DNA of 64,000 nucleotides from an uncultured Spirochaetota bacterium (lineage in GTDB: Bacteria > Spirochaetota > Spirochaetia > SZUA-6 > Fen-1364): positions 1,504,001 to 1,568,000 of the forward strand of contig CAWGAA010000001.1 of the NCBI GenBank assembly GCA_963820525.1, read 5' to 3'. Numbering within the stretch: position 1 is the first letter of the stretch; each line of letters starts with the position of its first letter. Shown one piece after another: positions 47,189 to 58,006 of the stretch. The position numbers and the translations under genes are program-made. The notes beneath the pieces were generated by a model that worked only from the letters and a program-made list of their open reading frames with translations, made no database searches and had not been told where the DNA came from.

Positions 47189-47782
47189 ATGAACATGCAG
47201 GAAAAGCCGGCCGAACAGGAAATGATCCCCAGGATGGATGAGAGCGTTTTCTTCCAGAGAATGCTCAAATCGCGCAACGTCCTGCTTTCGGGAGATATCA
47301 ACAAGCCCCTGGCTGAAAGGGTCATCCGTCAGCTCATCCTCCTGGAAGAGGAGAGCTCTGATCCCATCCGGGTATTCATCGACTCTCCCGGCGGGGACGC
47401 GGACGCGGGCTACGCAATCTTCGACATGATGCGCTTCGTCAAACCGCCCATCTCCGTCATCGGAATGGGGTTGGTGGCGAGCGCCGCCGCCATAATCCTC
47501 CTTGCGGCTCCCAAGGACAAGCGTGTCGGCCTTCCCAACTCCCACTACCTCATCCATCAGCCCATGAGCGGGACGCGGGGCGTAGCCACGGAGATCGAGA
47601 TCCACGCCAAGGAGCTTGAAAAGCTTCGCCAGAAGATCAATCACCTCATCGCAGACGAGACGGGACAACCCATCGAAAAGGTTGAAAAAGACACGGACAG
47701 GGACTACTGGATGAACGCGGAGGAAGCCGTTTCCTACGGCCTTCTGGCCAGAATCATAAAGAAGAGGGACGAGCTCAAATAG
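47189..47782 (+). CDS. clpP: ATP-dependent Clp protease proteolytic subunit
   Basis: DSPGG, ASAA, IHQP and DRDYW. Confidence 0.93.
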   Translation: MNMQEKPAEQEMIPRMDESVFFQRMLKSRNVLLSGDINKPLAERVIRQLILLEEESSDPIRVFIDSPGGDADAGYAIFDMMRFVKPPISVIGMGLVASAAAIILLAAPKDKRVGLPNSHYLIHQPMSGTRGVATEIEIHAKELEKLRQKINHLIADETGQPIEKVEKDTDRDYWMNAEEAVSYGLLARIIKKRDELK

Positions 47783-48759
47783 TGGACAAAGGAGAACTTT
47801 TCTCCCTTATCCCGAAGAGCCTTCGAGAGATCTCGATTCCCGCCGCGGGCGTTGGCCTCTATCGAGGAAAGGTCCGGGACGTCGTGGATCTGGGCGATGA
47901 GCTTCTCATCGTCACCACGGACAGGATATCGGCGTTCGACAGGGTCCTGACAACCGTCCCCTGCAAGGGCGAGGTCCTCAACACCATCTCTTTGTTCTGG
48001 TTCGACAAGACCGCGGACATCGCCGCCAATCATATAATCGAGCAGGTCTCCGCAAGGTCCGTGCGAGCGCGCAAATGCTCAGTGGTTCCCATAGAGGTGG
48101 TCGTCCGCGGCTATCTCACCGGCTCCGCCTGGCGCGACTACAAGAAGGGAGGCGAGGTCTCGGGGATCCGCCTTCCCGCGGGCATGAAGGCGAACCAGAG
48201 ATTCGACACCCCCCTTCTCACCCCCTCCACCAAGGAGGAGAAAGGCCTGCACGACAGGCCCATCTCCCGCTCCGAGATCCTTTCATCCGGCATCCTCCCC
48301 GCCGGGACGTGGCAGCGCATCGAAGAGGCCTCCCTTGCCCTGTTTCAACGCGGATCCGAGATCGCGATGGCCAACGGCTTGATCCTGGTGGACACGAAGT
48401 ACGAGTTCGGCGAGCGCGATGGGAAGCTGTATCTCGTGGACGAAGTCCATACCCCGGACTCCAGCAGGTACTGGTACGCGGACACCTACCAGGAGCTGTT
48501 TCGGCGCCAAGAGAAACAGAGGGAGCTGGACAAGGAGTACCTCCGCCAGTGGCTTCTTGCTCGGGACTGGAAGGGAGACGGCAAGGCCCCGGAGATTCCC
48601 GATGAGGTGCGGGTGGAGACGGCGTGGAAGTACATCACGGCCTGGCAGACCATCACGGGCCGGGTATTCTCGCCCCAGGCGCTCGGAGAGAGGGAGGAAT
48701 CCTCTCTGATAGAGAGAATCTTCGCCTCGCGCCGGGGGGGCGGGCAGCCGAAGCCCTGA
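47782..48759 (+). CDS. purC: SAICAR synthetase
   Basis: GKVRD, TDRISAFD, DTKYEFG and DEVHTPDSSR. Confidence 0.95.
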   Translation: MDKGELFSLIPKSLREISIPAAGVGLYRGKVRDVVDLGDELLIVTTDRISAFDRVLTTVPCKGEVLNTISLFWFDKTADIAANHIIEQVSARSVRARKCSVVPIEVVVRGYLTGSAWRDYKKGGEVSGIRLPAGMKANQRFDTPLLTPSTKEEKGLHDRPISRSEILSSGILPAGTWQRIEEASLALFQRGSEIAMANGLILVDTKYEFGERDGKLYLVDEVHTPDSSRYWYADTYQELFRRQEKQRELDKEYLRQWLLARDWKGDGKAPEIPDEVRVETAWKYITAWQTITGRVFSPQALGEREESSLIERIFASRRGGGQPKP

Positions 48760-48767
48760 GCTGTCCC

Positions 48768-49814
48768 GTGCCTATCGCCAGGCGTCTCCTCCCCCTGATT
48801 TTCCTCCTTGTTTGCTCGCTCGCAGAAGCCGCCGGCGTCACTCTCATGGTCTACAACGTCGAAAATCTGTTCGACGACAAGCGCGATGGAAGCGAGTTCC
48901 CTGAATTCGATCCCGGCCGGGGCTCCTGGAACACGGAGTCCTATCGCCTTCGTCTGCGCACGATAGCGGAGGTCGTCAGAAGGGCGTTCGCCGGCGGGCC
49001 CGATATCCTCGTGCTCCAGGAAGTCGAGAACGAAAACGCCCTGCGCGCTCTCGCGGACAGCGGGCTCAAAGACATGGGCTACTCGCGGGCCGTCATGGTG
49101 CCCAAGAAAGGTCTCGCCACCAACATTGGGGTTCTCACCCGCCTGCCCGTATCGAGGGTGCACGCGTACCACGTGGGCCGCTGGAATCGCACTACGGTGC
49201 GCGACGTGGTCGAGGTGGAGATCGAGAAGGGCGGCCACACCCTCCATCTCTTCGACAACCACTGGAAATCGAAGACGGGAGGGGCAAGAGAGACGGAGAG
49301 CTCGCGCCTGGCCTCCGCTCGAATCGTGATCGGGAGGGTGCGGGAGATCCTGGCTGAAGACCCTGCGGCGGACATCGTCGTGGCGGGGGACATGAACGAG
49401 AACAGCGACGAGTTCATCCGCTCGGGCCGCCGCTACCAGACAGCGCTCATCCCCGCGGACGCCGGGGCTTCCCCCGCGTACTCGGCGGCCAGCATTTTTC
49501 TCACCGGCACCGGAAGCGAGGCGGGGATCCGGGCAGATCGTCTGGTGCTCTACGACCCCTGGTTCGAGCTTCCCGAAGGCGCGCGCGGCTCCTATCGCTA
49601 CGGAAGGACCTGGGAGACATTCGACCACATCCTGCTTTCCCCAGGGCTGTTCGACGGCAAGGGATTCTCCTACCGCCCGGGAAGCTTCAGCGTGCAGCGA
49701 GACTCTTTCCTCCTGACCGAAAAGGGAACTCCGCGAAAGTGGGAGGGCTTCAAGAGCCGGGGGGGATACTCGGACCATCTGCCCCTTCGCATGAAGCTCG
49801 ATTTCAGGAACTGA
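48768..49814 (+). CDS. Secreted endonuclease/exonuclease/phosphatase family protein
   Basis: YNVENLFD, LQEVE, HWKSK, GDMN and SDHLP. Confidence 0.88.
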   Translation: MPIARRLLPLIFLLVCSLAEAAGVTLMVYNVENLFDDKRDGSEFPEFDPGRGSWNTESYRLRLRTIAEVVRRAFAGGPDILVLQEVENENALRALADSGLKDMGYSRAVMVPKKGLATNIGVLTRLPVSRVHAYHVGRWNRTTVRDVVEVEIEKGGHTLHLFDNHWKSKTGGARETESSRLASARIVIGRVREILAEDPAADIVVAGDMNENSDEFIRSGRRYQTALIPADAGASPAYSAASIFLTGTGSEAGIRADRLVLYDPWFELPEGARGSYRYGRTWETFDHILLSPGLFDGKGFSYRPGSFSVQRDSFLLTEKGTPRKWEGFKSRGGYSDHLPLRMKLDFRN

Positions 49815-49887
49815 AAGCAGCACGGCTGCTTTCCTGACCGGGCAGTCTCTCTTGCATCCCCCCGCGCCTTGAGTTTATAAGGAAGCA

Positions 49888-51169
49888 ATGGAATCGTTTC
49901 ACTCGGAATCGGAATACATCAAGGTCCTGGAAGCCCGCTCGGCGCTCCCCGAAGGCTTCCGCGCCTCCACGGTGGGCCTGAGATTCTTCCCGGAGGAGCG
50001 GAGCGTCGGAGAGCCTCTCCCGATGAACCTCTCCCTCATCGAATTGTCCGAGGAGACTCGCGACTTCGCGGCTTTATTCACGAAAAACCGCTTCCCCGGC
50101 GCCCCCGTGCTCATCGGCAGGGAAAGGCTCGCCCGGCCGGCTGTCAGGGGAGTCCTGATCAACAACAAGATCTCCAACGTCTGCGCTCCGGGGGGAAGGG
50201 AAGACGCCGAGAGGCTCCTCTCTACCCTGGGCGGGCTTCTGGGCGCCTCCGGGCAGGATTTCTTCACGGCATCCACGGGAATCATCGGCTGGAGGCTCCC
50301 CATCGGCGAGATGGAGGAGTGTCTCCCCGGCCTCGTGAGGAATCTCGACTCCGGCTCCATCCTTCCCGTTGCGCGCGGCATCATGACCACGGACTCCTTC
50401 CCCAAGGTGCGCAGGGCGGCGGTCGGGCGGGGAAGCATCGTGGCGATCGCCAAGGGCGCCGGGATGATCGAGCCGAACATGGCAACCCTCCTCTGCTTCA
50501 TCTGCACGGATGTCGCCGTGGATCGCGACAGGCTGCGCGAGGACACTCGCATTCTGCGTGGAGAGGAGCCTCAACCGCATATCGATCGACTCGGACCAGA
50601 GCACCAGCGACATGACCCTTCTCTTCGCTTCCGGCAGGAAGGGGAAGGCGGATCCCCAGGAGTTCCGCCAGTCACTGCTCTCCGTTCTCTCGGCACTGGC
50701 CGAGGATATCGTGCGAAATGCCGAGGGCGGCGCTCACGTGATCAGCGTGGAGGTTTCGGGGGCCAGGGACTCCCGGACCGCCGTTGGAGCGGGAAAGGCC
50801 ATCGTCAACTCCCCCCTGGTGAAGACCGCCATCTTCGGAAACGATCCCAATGTCGGAAGGATCGTCTCGGCCCTGGGAGACTACCTGGGCAGCGAGGGCA
50901 TCCCGGCGGATACCGGGAAAGTCACGGTCAGGATGGGAGGGATGGAGATATTCTCCGGCGGCGCGTTCCGCCTGGACGGCTCCAAGGAAGAGAAGCTCTC
51001 GGCATACCTGAAGCGCGCCGGTTTCGACCCGAAGATCAAGGGCTTTCCCCAGCATGATAGGAGGGTGGAAATCGAAGTACTGATGGAAGGATCGGCGCCG
51101 CCGGAGCGGGTGCTGGGCACGGACCTGTCATACGAGTATGTCCGTGAGAACGCCGACTACAGATCGTAG
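49888..51169 (+). CDS. argJ: Ornithine acetyltransferase ArgJ (apparent +1 frameshift near 50543)
   Basis: STGIIG, KGAGMIEPNMAT; after the frame change, SPLVKTA, GNDPNVGR and NADYRS. Confidence 0.9.
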
Positions 51170-51180
51170 TTGGGAAGTGC

Positions 51181-51399
51181 TTATTTCTCTCTATAGATGA
51201 TTCTCCCCCGGGTAAGGTCGTAGGGGGAGAGCGCGACCTTCACCTTGTCGCCGGGCACGATGCGGATGTAGTGCTTCCGCATCTTGCCGGACAGGTGCGC
51301 GAGAATAAGGTGTCCGTTTTCAAGCTCCACGCGGAACATTGTGTTGGGAAGGGATTCCTTGACCCTTCCGTCGACTTCAATCGCCTCTTCTTTCGCCAA
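51181..51399 (-). CDS. infA: Translation initiation factor IF-1
   Basis: Canonical IF-1 sequence ([19 protein letters not shown]). Confidence 0.97.
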   Translation of the reverse strand: MAKEEAIEVDGRVKESLPNTMFRVELENGHLILAHLSGKMRKHYIRIVPGDKVKVALSPYDLTRGRIIYREK

Positions 51400-51590
51400 T
51401 CAGGCCTCCTTGACAGCAAAATGTAGCCTCTGCCGGTCTTCGTGTCAATGACCGGACCGCCTGCTTTTTCACTAAACGGCAAAACGGCGGGTCGGAACCC
51501 CGGAATTCACGCAAAGATCGAGCTTGACAAGAGCGTATCTTTATGTGCATATTCCTTTGCCTAAAGCAAACCAAGACAAGGATACCGAAC

Positions 51591-51947
51591 ATGGATGAAG
51601 CTTTCCTTCGTAGGATGAGAACCTCTCTCGTGGAGCTGAAGAAGGAGATCCTCAGGAACCTTGCGGCAGAAAGCGAAGATTTCCGGACCATCATCGAAGA
51701 CATGGACCCGAAGGACCTTGCCGACATTGCGGCTGACGATATCGATAGGAAAACTCTCGAAGCGCTCGGAACCCAGGACCTGAACAGGCTCCAGCTCATC
51801 GAATCGGCCCTTTCGCGCATCGAGAACAAGAAGTACGGCGTCTGCATGCGCTGCTCCAAGAAGATTCCCAAGGAGCGGTTGGAAGCAATCCCCTATGCTC
51901 TTCTGTGCATAGACTGCAAGGCTTCCGAGGAGCGAAGAAACAGATAG
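51591..51947 (+). CDS. dksA: DksA/TraR C4 zinc-finger protein
   Basis: DLADIA coiled-coil tip; CMRC..RLEAIP..CIDC. Confidence 0.9.
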   Translation: MDEAFLRRMRTSLVELKKEILRNLAAESEDFRTIIEDMDPKDLADIAADDIDRKTLEALGTQDLNRLQLIESALSRIENKKYGVCMRCSKKIPKERLEAIPYALLCIDCKASEERRNR

Positions 51948-52034
51948 CCGGGCGGGGGCCGGATTCGGCCACCGCATGCGCAACTCACCATCATCAGAGC
52001 TTACCCCGGGATCGAAAATGGCCGAAACTCTCTA

Positions 52035-52424
52035 GTGAGGAGATTGGTCATGGTCGAGGCGATTTCTCCCTATCCGTCCATCGGGATCCCGACGCTCATG
52101 ATCTCCTCGCTTCCCCGCGTGGGAAGCGGGAAGGTGACGATGCCGGTCCGTCCGGCATATACCTATCTGGCCACCTTCAAGCACATTCAGGTCGTGCCGG
52201 ATCGCAACGGCATCCCCCTGTACAAGCTCAACGCGCTGGACGCCCTCATCGAAAGGCTGACCCGCGCCGGTTCCCCCTCCGTCGAGAAACTCCGGCGCCT
52301 CGATTCCAGCACGATAGACGACGCGGTGAAGGGACTGTCGCTGGAGCTCGCTTCCCGGGCAGCCGGCCGCTTCACGGGCGGCAACCAGATCGAGACGGGG
52401 CTCGTGGTGGACCTGGCGGCCTGA
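52035..52424 (+). CDS. Conserved hypothetical protein of spirochaete type
   Basis: VRP..Y..FKHI..VP..G..LYKL..LD.LI pattern recalled from spirochaete proteins. Confidence 0.6.
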   Translation: MRRLVMVEAISPYPSIGIPTLMISSLPRVGSGKVTMPVRPAYTYLATFKHIQVVPDRNGIPLYKLNALDALIERLTRAGSPSVEKLRRLDSSTIDDAVKGLSLELASRAAGRFTGGNQIETGLVVDLAA

Positions 52425-52429
52425 CGCCC

Positions 52430-53089
52430 TCATTCCCTGAAATACGGATTTCCCTTCTTCTCCCTCTCTATCGTTGTGAATGGGCCATGCCCGGGGAAAA
52501 CACGCGTTTCCGGCGGCAGGATCATGATCTTTTTCTGGATGCTCTCCCGAAGCTTCTTTTCATTGCCTCCGTGAAGGTCCGTTCTCCCCACTCCTTCGAA
52601 AAACAGCGTATCTCCGGAGAAAAGGATTCCTTCCCTCTCGCTGTAGAAGCAGACGCTCCCGGAAGTGTGCCCCGGAGTCTCGATCACGACGAGGTCCGTG
52701 TCCAGGACGCTCTCGCCGTCCTTCAGCTTCACGTCGGGCTTGGGCAGCTGAGGGAAGTCTCCAAAGAGGGACCCTTCGCCTTCCTCGAGGTACTCCTCGT
52801 GGGCCTCTTCCGCCTTGGGGCCCAGGAATTTCCTGTCCGACGTGTGGACCGCCACCCGAAAGTCGTACCCCCTCTGCTTGTACAGGCCCTTGAGCCTGCC
52901 GAGCGCCGCGACATGGTCGAGATGGCCGTGCGTGAGAGCGACTCCCGCGGGGACCATGTTGAGCACGTCCACGCGCGTTGAGATCTCGCACTCGTCCCAA
53001 CCCGGGTCGATGATAATGCACTCTTTCTTGCTGCTGGAGTAGATGTAACAATTGGTCTTTACGGGACCTACGACAACTCTTTCTATCAT
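52430..53089 (-). CDS. MBL-fold metallo-hydrolase (YcbL/GloC-like)
   Basis: THGHLDH, TPGHT, GDTLF and PGHG. Confidence 0.92.
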   Translation of the reverse strand: MIERVVVGPVKTNCYIYSSSKKECIIIDPGWDECEISTRVDVLNMVPAGVALTHGHLDHVAALGRLKGLYKQRGYDFRVAVHTSDRKFLGPKAEEAHEEYLEEGEGSLFGDFPQLPKPDVKLKDGESVLDTDLVVIETPGHTSGSVCFYSEREGILFSGDTLFFEGVGRTDLHGGNEKKLRESIQKKIMILPPETRVFPGHGPFTTIEREKKGNPYFRE

Positions 53090-53137
53090 GGTATAATGGA
53101 GACTAAAGAATTCGACAACCTTGTTCAAGAGAACGGC

Positions 53138-54373
53138 ATGCTCTGGTACCTGGCTCTGATCCTCGCCATCGCGATCCTCTTCTACCTTGCCATTCCCGGC
53201 ATCGGGGCCTTCCTCGTGCGCGAGCAGTGGAGGCTCTTCAGAAAACGGATCACCGAGGTCTCGCGATACCCCATGCTCAACCCGCGCGCCCCCGGGAGGG
53301 AGAGGAACGCCTTCATCGGGTACTTCCGCTTTTTCGGCACCCTGGAGGCGATCCAGGGCGATGACCGCATCTGGATAACCAACGGAGCCTTCTCCGTGGC
53401 CGCTGACCTCCACCATGGAAGCCTCACCATGCTCCCCGCCGCCTCCCCCGGCCAGAGCGACGAGGATTCCGAGCTGCGGGTTGTGCCATGGAGCAGGGTC
53501 TTCTCCCTCCCCGAGGGCACCCCCATCCTCGTGGGCGGGGCGCTTTTCAGCGAGGACGGCAGGGGGGTATTCGGCTCGCGGGGAAAGGTGAAGCCCCTGG
53601 TCGTGATCCACGATTGCAAGCGCGAGCATATTGTGCAGCGCGCCATCTGGAGCGGCCGGCAGAGAAACGAGTACTGGAACCAGTTCACGATCCCCTCCAT
53701 CATCGCCGGCTCGTTCATCCTCTTCCTCCTGGCGTACAGCTCCCTGGTCAACCCGGACCTCCGGGTTCCTGCTATCGTGGCGCTCGCCATGTGCCTTGCC
53801 CCCGTGTCTCCCTTCCTCCCGCCGGCCTTTCCCCTCTACTTCCTCTACCGCAGCTTCTGGAAGAAGGCGCGCCTCATGCGGGCCCAGCGTGACGTGGTGA
53901 TGCTCCCCATGCGCTACTTCCCTCCCGCGCGGCCGCGGGACGCCCCCCCGCGGGAGCGTCGCGAGCAGCGGGCGACGCTGCTGCCGGACCTGGAGCCGTA
54001 CGTCATGCTGCGGGGCCGCGAGCAGGAGGGAGATCCGGGCGCCATCGTCTGCGCGGGGGAGACGGTGCAGCTGCCAGCGGAAACCAGGCGGATCGCCCTC
54101 ACGCTGCCCCGTGCCGGCGCGAGGAGAATGCGCGGGGGAGGTGAATCATTCGCGTTCGGAGCCTACAGCGATGAGGGGGACGGGATCCTGCTCCGGCGCC
54201 CCGAGGACCCGATGGCGGAGCTCATCGTGGTGCCCGGAGACCCGGAGGATATCTCGGAGGGATGCGGGAGGGCGGCGCGGCTCTACGAGATCGTGTCGGC
54301 GGTATTCATCGGGCTCAATGTTGCGCTGAACATGGCGGGGATACTCATCCTTCTCACGCTGCTCATTGGATGA
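53138..54373 (+). CDS. Hypothetical membrane protein
   Basis: Long ORF with typical codon usage and several TM segments; start at 53096 or 53138. Confidence 0.7.
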   Translation: MLWYLALILAIAILFYLAIPGIGAFLVREQWRLFRKRITEVSRYPMLNPRAPGRERNAFIGYFRFFGTLEAIQGDDRIWITNGAFSVAADLHHGSLTMLPAASPGQSDEDSELRVVPWSRVFSLPEGTPILVGGALFSEDGRGVFGSRGKVKPLVVIHDCKREHIVQRAIWSGRQRNEYWNQFTIPSIIAGSFILFLLAYSSLVNPDLRVPAIVALAMCLAPVSPFLPPAFPLYFLYRSFWKKARLMRAQRDVVMLPMRYFPPARPRDAPPRERREQRATLLPDLEPYVMLRGREQEGDPGAIVCAGETVQLPAETRRIALTLPRAGARRMRGGGESFAFGAYSDEGDGILLRRPEDPMAELIVVPGDPEDISEGCGRAARLYEIVSAVFIGLNVALNMAGILILLTLLIG

Positions 54374-54941
54374 AGGCGCCCCCCGGAGTCTCCCCTGTCT
54401 TGACGGCCGTGATGAGATGGATCGCCCTGCCGGCATCGGCGAGCTTCCTGCTGTAGATCGAGATGAAGGCCTCCTCCGGGTGGGGATCCTCGGCGAGGGT
54501 GAACCCTCCGCCGAGGAGAAGCAGAACCTTCGTCTGAACGTAATAGTCGAGAAAATCGGTGCTGAAGAAGAGCCGGCCCCCGCACTTCAGGCAGGAGGCG
54601 AGCACCCCCAGGTTCTCCCGGGAGAGGAAGCGGCGCTTCCTGTGACGCGTCTTCGGCCATGGATCGGGGAAGTAGATATGGAATGCGTCCACCGAGGAGG
54701 CGGGGATGTCCCGGATGAAGCCTTCGGCGCCGGCCTTCACGATCGCCACATTGACCAGGCCGCGCTTTCGGGCCTTCTCCTCCGCCCTGGCACAGCGTCT
54801 GCTCTTCAGCTCCAGCCCGATGAGAAAGATTTCCGGGTTTCGCTCGGCGTAGTCGGCGAGGAAGTGCCCGTTTCCGCAGCCGATCTCGATCTCAACGGCC
54901 TTGAAAACCCGGAAACGGTCGCGGAGCTCAAGGAAGGTCAC
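54363..54941 (-). CDS. trmB: tRNA (guanine-N7)-methyltransferase
   Basis: EIGCGNG and FPDPWPKTRHRKRR. Confidence 0.93.
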   Translation of the reverse strand: MTFLELRDRFRVFKAVEIEIGCGNGHFLADYAERNPEIFLIGLELKSRRCARAEEKARKRGLVNVAIVKAGAEGFIRDIPASSVDAFHIYFPDPWPKTRHRKRRFLSRENLGVLASCLKCGGRLFFSTDFLDYYVQTKVLLLLGGGFTLAEDPHPEEAFISIYSRKLADAGRAIHLITAVKTGETPGGAFIQ

Positions 54942-56581
54942 GAGCTCTCTTTCTCTTCCTTCTTCTTGGCGAAGTTGACCGTGATGGTCTTGCCCTTGAA
55001 ATCGCTTCCGGAGAGACGGGAAATCGCCTCCTCGGCGCGCGCCCGCGCAATCTCGACGAACGAGTACTTGTCGAAGACCCGGACGCTGCCGATTTCATCT
55101 GCGCGGAGCTTGAGTTTTTCCAGGAAGAGCCCGCTCAAGTCGCGGGGGAACACGCGCCGATTCCTGCCGATGCTCACGAAGAGCTGGATCAGCTTTCCCT
55201 CTCCTGCGCCGCCCTTGTCGGCCGCGCCGCGATCCGCCCCCCGCCCCGCGGCCCGCTCAGCCGCCCTTTCGGGCTTCTGTCTGCCCCTGGGCTCCGCCCT
55301 CTGCCTCTCCTTCTGCTCCGGAGGGGCGGCCGCCGCCTCGGCCCCCATGCGCGGAAGCTGCGACTTCAACAGGTAGGCCGTGACATAGGACCGCATGAGC
55401 AGGGGGACCTGCTTGCGGATGAGGGAGCGAAGCCTCGCCAGATCCTCGAGGTTCTCTTCTTCCCTGATCCTGCGCATGATCCTCTCGAGGGAGCCGCGAA
55501 TCGTTTCAGCGCCGCCGGGTAGGCTTTCGTTTCTCATGATGACTCCGTGTATTTCCTGGATTTTGGCGAGCTCCCGCGCCTGACTGCGATCCACCATCGC
55601 CATGATGCTGCCATGAAAACCGGGCAGTCGCGGCGCGGCCGGAGCCGTCCCGCGGAGTGGAAGATCGTAGTACAGGATGCAGCGCGCCCGAAGGATTTCG
55701 CTTTCCACGGGCAGGGGGTGCGGCAGGCATAGGACTTCAAGCTCCCCACGGGCGAAGGATGTGAAGAGCTTCTTGCGCCCCGTCGCGCCCGCGCCGTGAT
55801 CGGGGGCGGCCGCCGGGATCAGGCATTCGTTCAAGCGGCGGGCAAGGTCTCCGCCGCGGGTCCGCGGGGAGTGGAGCACGACCGCGGAGGAGACCCGCCG
55901 CGCAAGAAAAATCCTTGCGAGAAGCTCGGGTTTCTCGGCATCCCCCACCTCGAAGGAGAGATGCTCCACGGGACCGGCGGGCTCGCCGGAAGACAGGACC
56001 GCGGGACGGCGCAGGAGAGGCAGCAGGCCCTCCTCCTCGGAGGGCGCGATGGGACCGGGGGTGAAGAGCACGGTCTGGCGCCGGGAGGGCAGCTTGGCGA
56101 ATATGAACTGGACGTCCTTGACGAAATCCTCGGCAAGATCGCCTTCGGGCTGCTGGACGACCACGACGGAAAGCTTGTCGAGCTGGAGAGTACCGCGGCG
56201 GATATGGTCTATCACGCGGCCCGCGGTAGCCGCGATGAGGGAGGGGGCCCTCTCCAGGCGGCGCTCTTCCCGCCGGGTGTCATCCGTGTCCCCGAGGGTG
56301 AGAAGCGGCGGCGGGTCTCTCATGAGACGGGAAAAACGCAGGTGCTCCTGGGCGATCCTCCGCACGCGATCCGCGTCCGCCGCGATGATGGCGGTCCGGA
56401 CGCCCGGCTCGCTTCGGCTTTCCATCATCAAGGGCAGGAGAAAGGCCGCGGTTTTTCCCGCTCCGGGCTCGGCTTGGACCACGACGTCTCTTCCCGAGAT
56501 GATGAGAGGAATCAGCTTTTTCTGCAAAGGCGTAAGGACGGCATAGCCGGCCGTTCGAAACAGCCGGAGTACCTCGCTCAT
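54938..56581 (-). CDS. Degenerate DEAD-box helicase-like protein with C-terminal DbpA RNA-binding domain
   Basis: Q motif, GAGKT and GRVIDH are present; the DEAD motif reads QQPE; C-terminal LFVSIGR..YSFVE. Confidence 0.8.
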   Translation of the reverse strand: MSEVLRLFRTAGYAVLTPLQKKLIPLIISGRDVVVQAEPGAGKTAAFLLPLMMESRSEPGVRTAIIAADADRVRRIAQEHLRFSRLMRDPPPLLTLGDTDDTRREERRLERAPSLIAATAGRVIDHIRRGTLQLDKLSVVVVQQPEGDLAEDFVKDVQFIFAKLPSRRQTVLFTPGPIAPSEEEGLLPLLRRPAVLSSGEPAGPVEHLSFEVGDAEKPELLARIFLARRVSSAVVLHSPRTRGGDLARRLNECLIPAAAPDHGAGATGRKKLFTSFARGELEVLCLPHPLPVESEILRARCILYYDLPLRGTAPAAPRLPGFHGSIMAMVDRSQARELAKIQEIHGVIMRNESLPGGAETIRGSLERIMRRIREEENLEDLARLRSLIRKQVPLLMRSYVTAYLLKSQLPRMGAEAAAAPPEQKERQRAEPRGRQKPERAAERAAGRGADRGAADKGGAGEGKLIQLFVSIGRNRRVFPRDLSGLFLEKLKLRADEIGSVRVFDKYSFVEIARARAEEAISRLSGSDFKGKTITVNFAKKKEEKESS

Positions 56582-56726
56582 AGATGGTCTTCTTTGCGAG
56601 CGCATCGATTTTTCTCGAGGATAGTGGAATGAGGCGGAGGTGTCAAGGAATCCTGATCGGATTCGTTATACCGCCGCCGCCGAAAAAGTGCTACACTTTC
56701 AAATGCGGCGTGTTGAAAGGGGTCAT

Positions 56727-57935
56727 ATGCTCGGCAGGTTGCTCATCATCGCTCTCACGCTTGGCTTGAGCGCGGCGCCTTCGTTTTCGGAGATCTTCCG
56801 TTTCGCGTACACCAAAGGGGAGATGTACAGGCTCCTCTCCACGGTGAACGAGACGGTCACGGTCAACGGCCGATTCAACAGCAGAAACGATATCCTCAAT
56901 AAAATAGCCGTCGAGGTGACGGATACCAAAGGGGATTCGGGATACCACGTGGCGACGTTCCAATCTTCGACGCGCCTGCAGGGCTCCGTCGGCAGCTATG
57001 CCCTGAGCGAGGACTACGAATCCGAGTTCTGGCGTGATGGACGCGGCGCCTACACCATCGACGACAAATACTTCATGCCCGTTGTGCGCGACGTACCCCT
57101 CTTCCCCGAGGGCGATATCCAAATCGGTCAGACGTGGACGGCAAAGGGCAGCGAGGTGCACGATTTCCGCCAGGATTTCGGCGTGGAGAATCCTTTCCAC
57201 TTCCCCATCACGGCAAGCTATGCGTACCTTCGAAACGAAAAGCGCGACGGCATCGATTGCGCCGTGATCTCCGCTGCGTACACGATCTTTTACAAAATAA
57301 CCACTCCTCCCACCACTACGAACACCTATCCCGTGCGGATCACGGGCACCTCCCAGCAGACCTTCTGGTGGGATCTCAAGCTGAAGAGGTATCACTACGC
57401 CGAGGAGCAGTTCGACTTCATCTTCACTCTCGAGGACGGGCGCGAGGTTGAGTTCGCCGGCACGGACCATGGCGAGCTCATCGAGACCCGGCCTCTCGAC
57501 CGGGCCAAGGTGACCCAGGACATCCAGAACGACATAAAGAAGGGCGCGATACCCGATGCCTCGGTGCGCTCCGACGACAAGGGCGTCACCATCACCATCG
57601 AGAACGTGAACTTCCCTCCCAACTCCGACACCCTCCTGCCCGCGGAGCAGGACAAGGTGCGGCGGATCGCGCAGATCCTCAAGAAGTACCCTGACCGCGA
57701 CATTATGATCACCGGCCACACGGCGGGGGTTGGCGGATACACGGCGGAGGAGCACCAGCAGTTGTCTGAACAGCGGGCCGCGGCGGTGGGCAACTTCCTT
57801 CTTTCCCTGGGAGCCAGGGCGGCGACGCAGATGACCTTCCGAGGCATGGGCGCCCGGGTTCCCATCGGCGATAACGCCACCGAAGAGGGCAGGAAGAAGA
57901 ACAGGCGCGTGGAGATCACGATCCTGGAGAACTAG
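56727..57935 (+). CDS. OmpA family protein (spirochaete type)
   Basis: Signal peptide; MPVVRDVP, ITGHTA, LSEQRA and NRRVEITILEN. Confidence 0.88.
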   Translation: MLGRLLIIALTLGLSAAPSFSEIFRFAYTKGEMYRLLSTVNETVTVNGRFNSRNDILNKIAVEVTDTKGDSGYHVATFQSSTRLQGSVGSYALSEDYESEFWRDGRGAYTIDDKYFMPVVRDVPLFPEGDIQIGQTWTAKGSEVHDFRQDFGVENPFHFPITASYAYLRNEKRDGIDCAVISAAYTIFYKITTPPTTTNTYPVRITGTSQQTFWWDLKLKRYHYAEEQFDFIFTLEDGREVEFAGTDHGELIETRPLDRAKVTQDIQNDIKKGAIPDASVRSDDKGVTITIENVNFPPNSDTLLPAEQDKVRRIAQILKKYPDRDIMITGHTAGVGGYTAEEHQQLSEQRAAAVGNFLLSLGARAATQMTFRGMGARVPIGDNATEEGRKKNRRVEITILEN

Positions 57936-58006
57936 TCCTTGAGAACTTGGCGGCCGCCGCCCAGTTCCCGATCCGCCAGGACGCGATTTCTGCGGCAGCG
58001 CCGCCG

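Noticed and set aside
21060..51169. Programmed frameshifting in the SprT-like gene (~21160), vsr (~31760) and argJ (~50543)
   Set aside because: Each is a single extra base with no slippery heptamer, in unrelated genes. Long-read consensus error or simple mutation is more likely; raw reads would decide.
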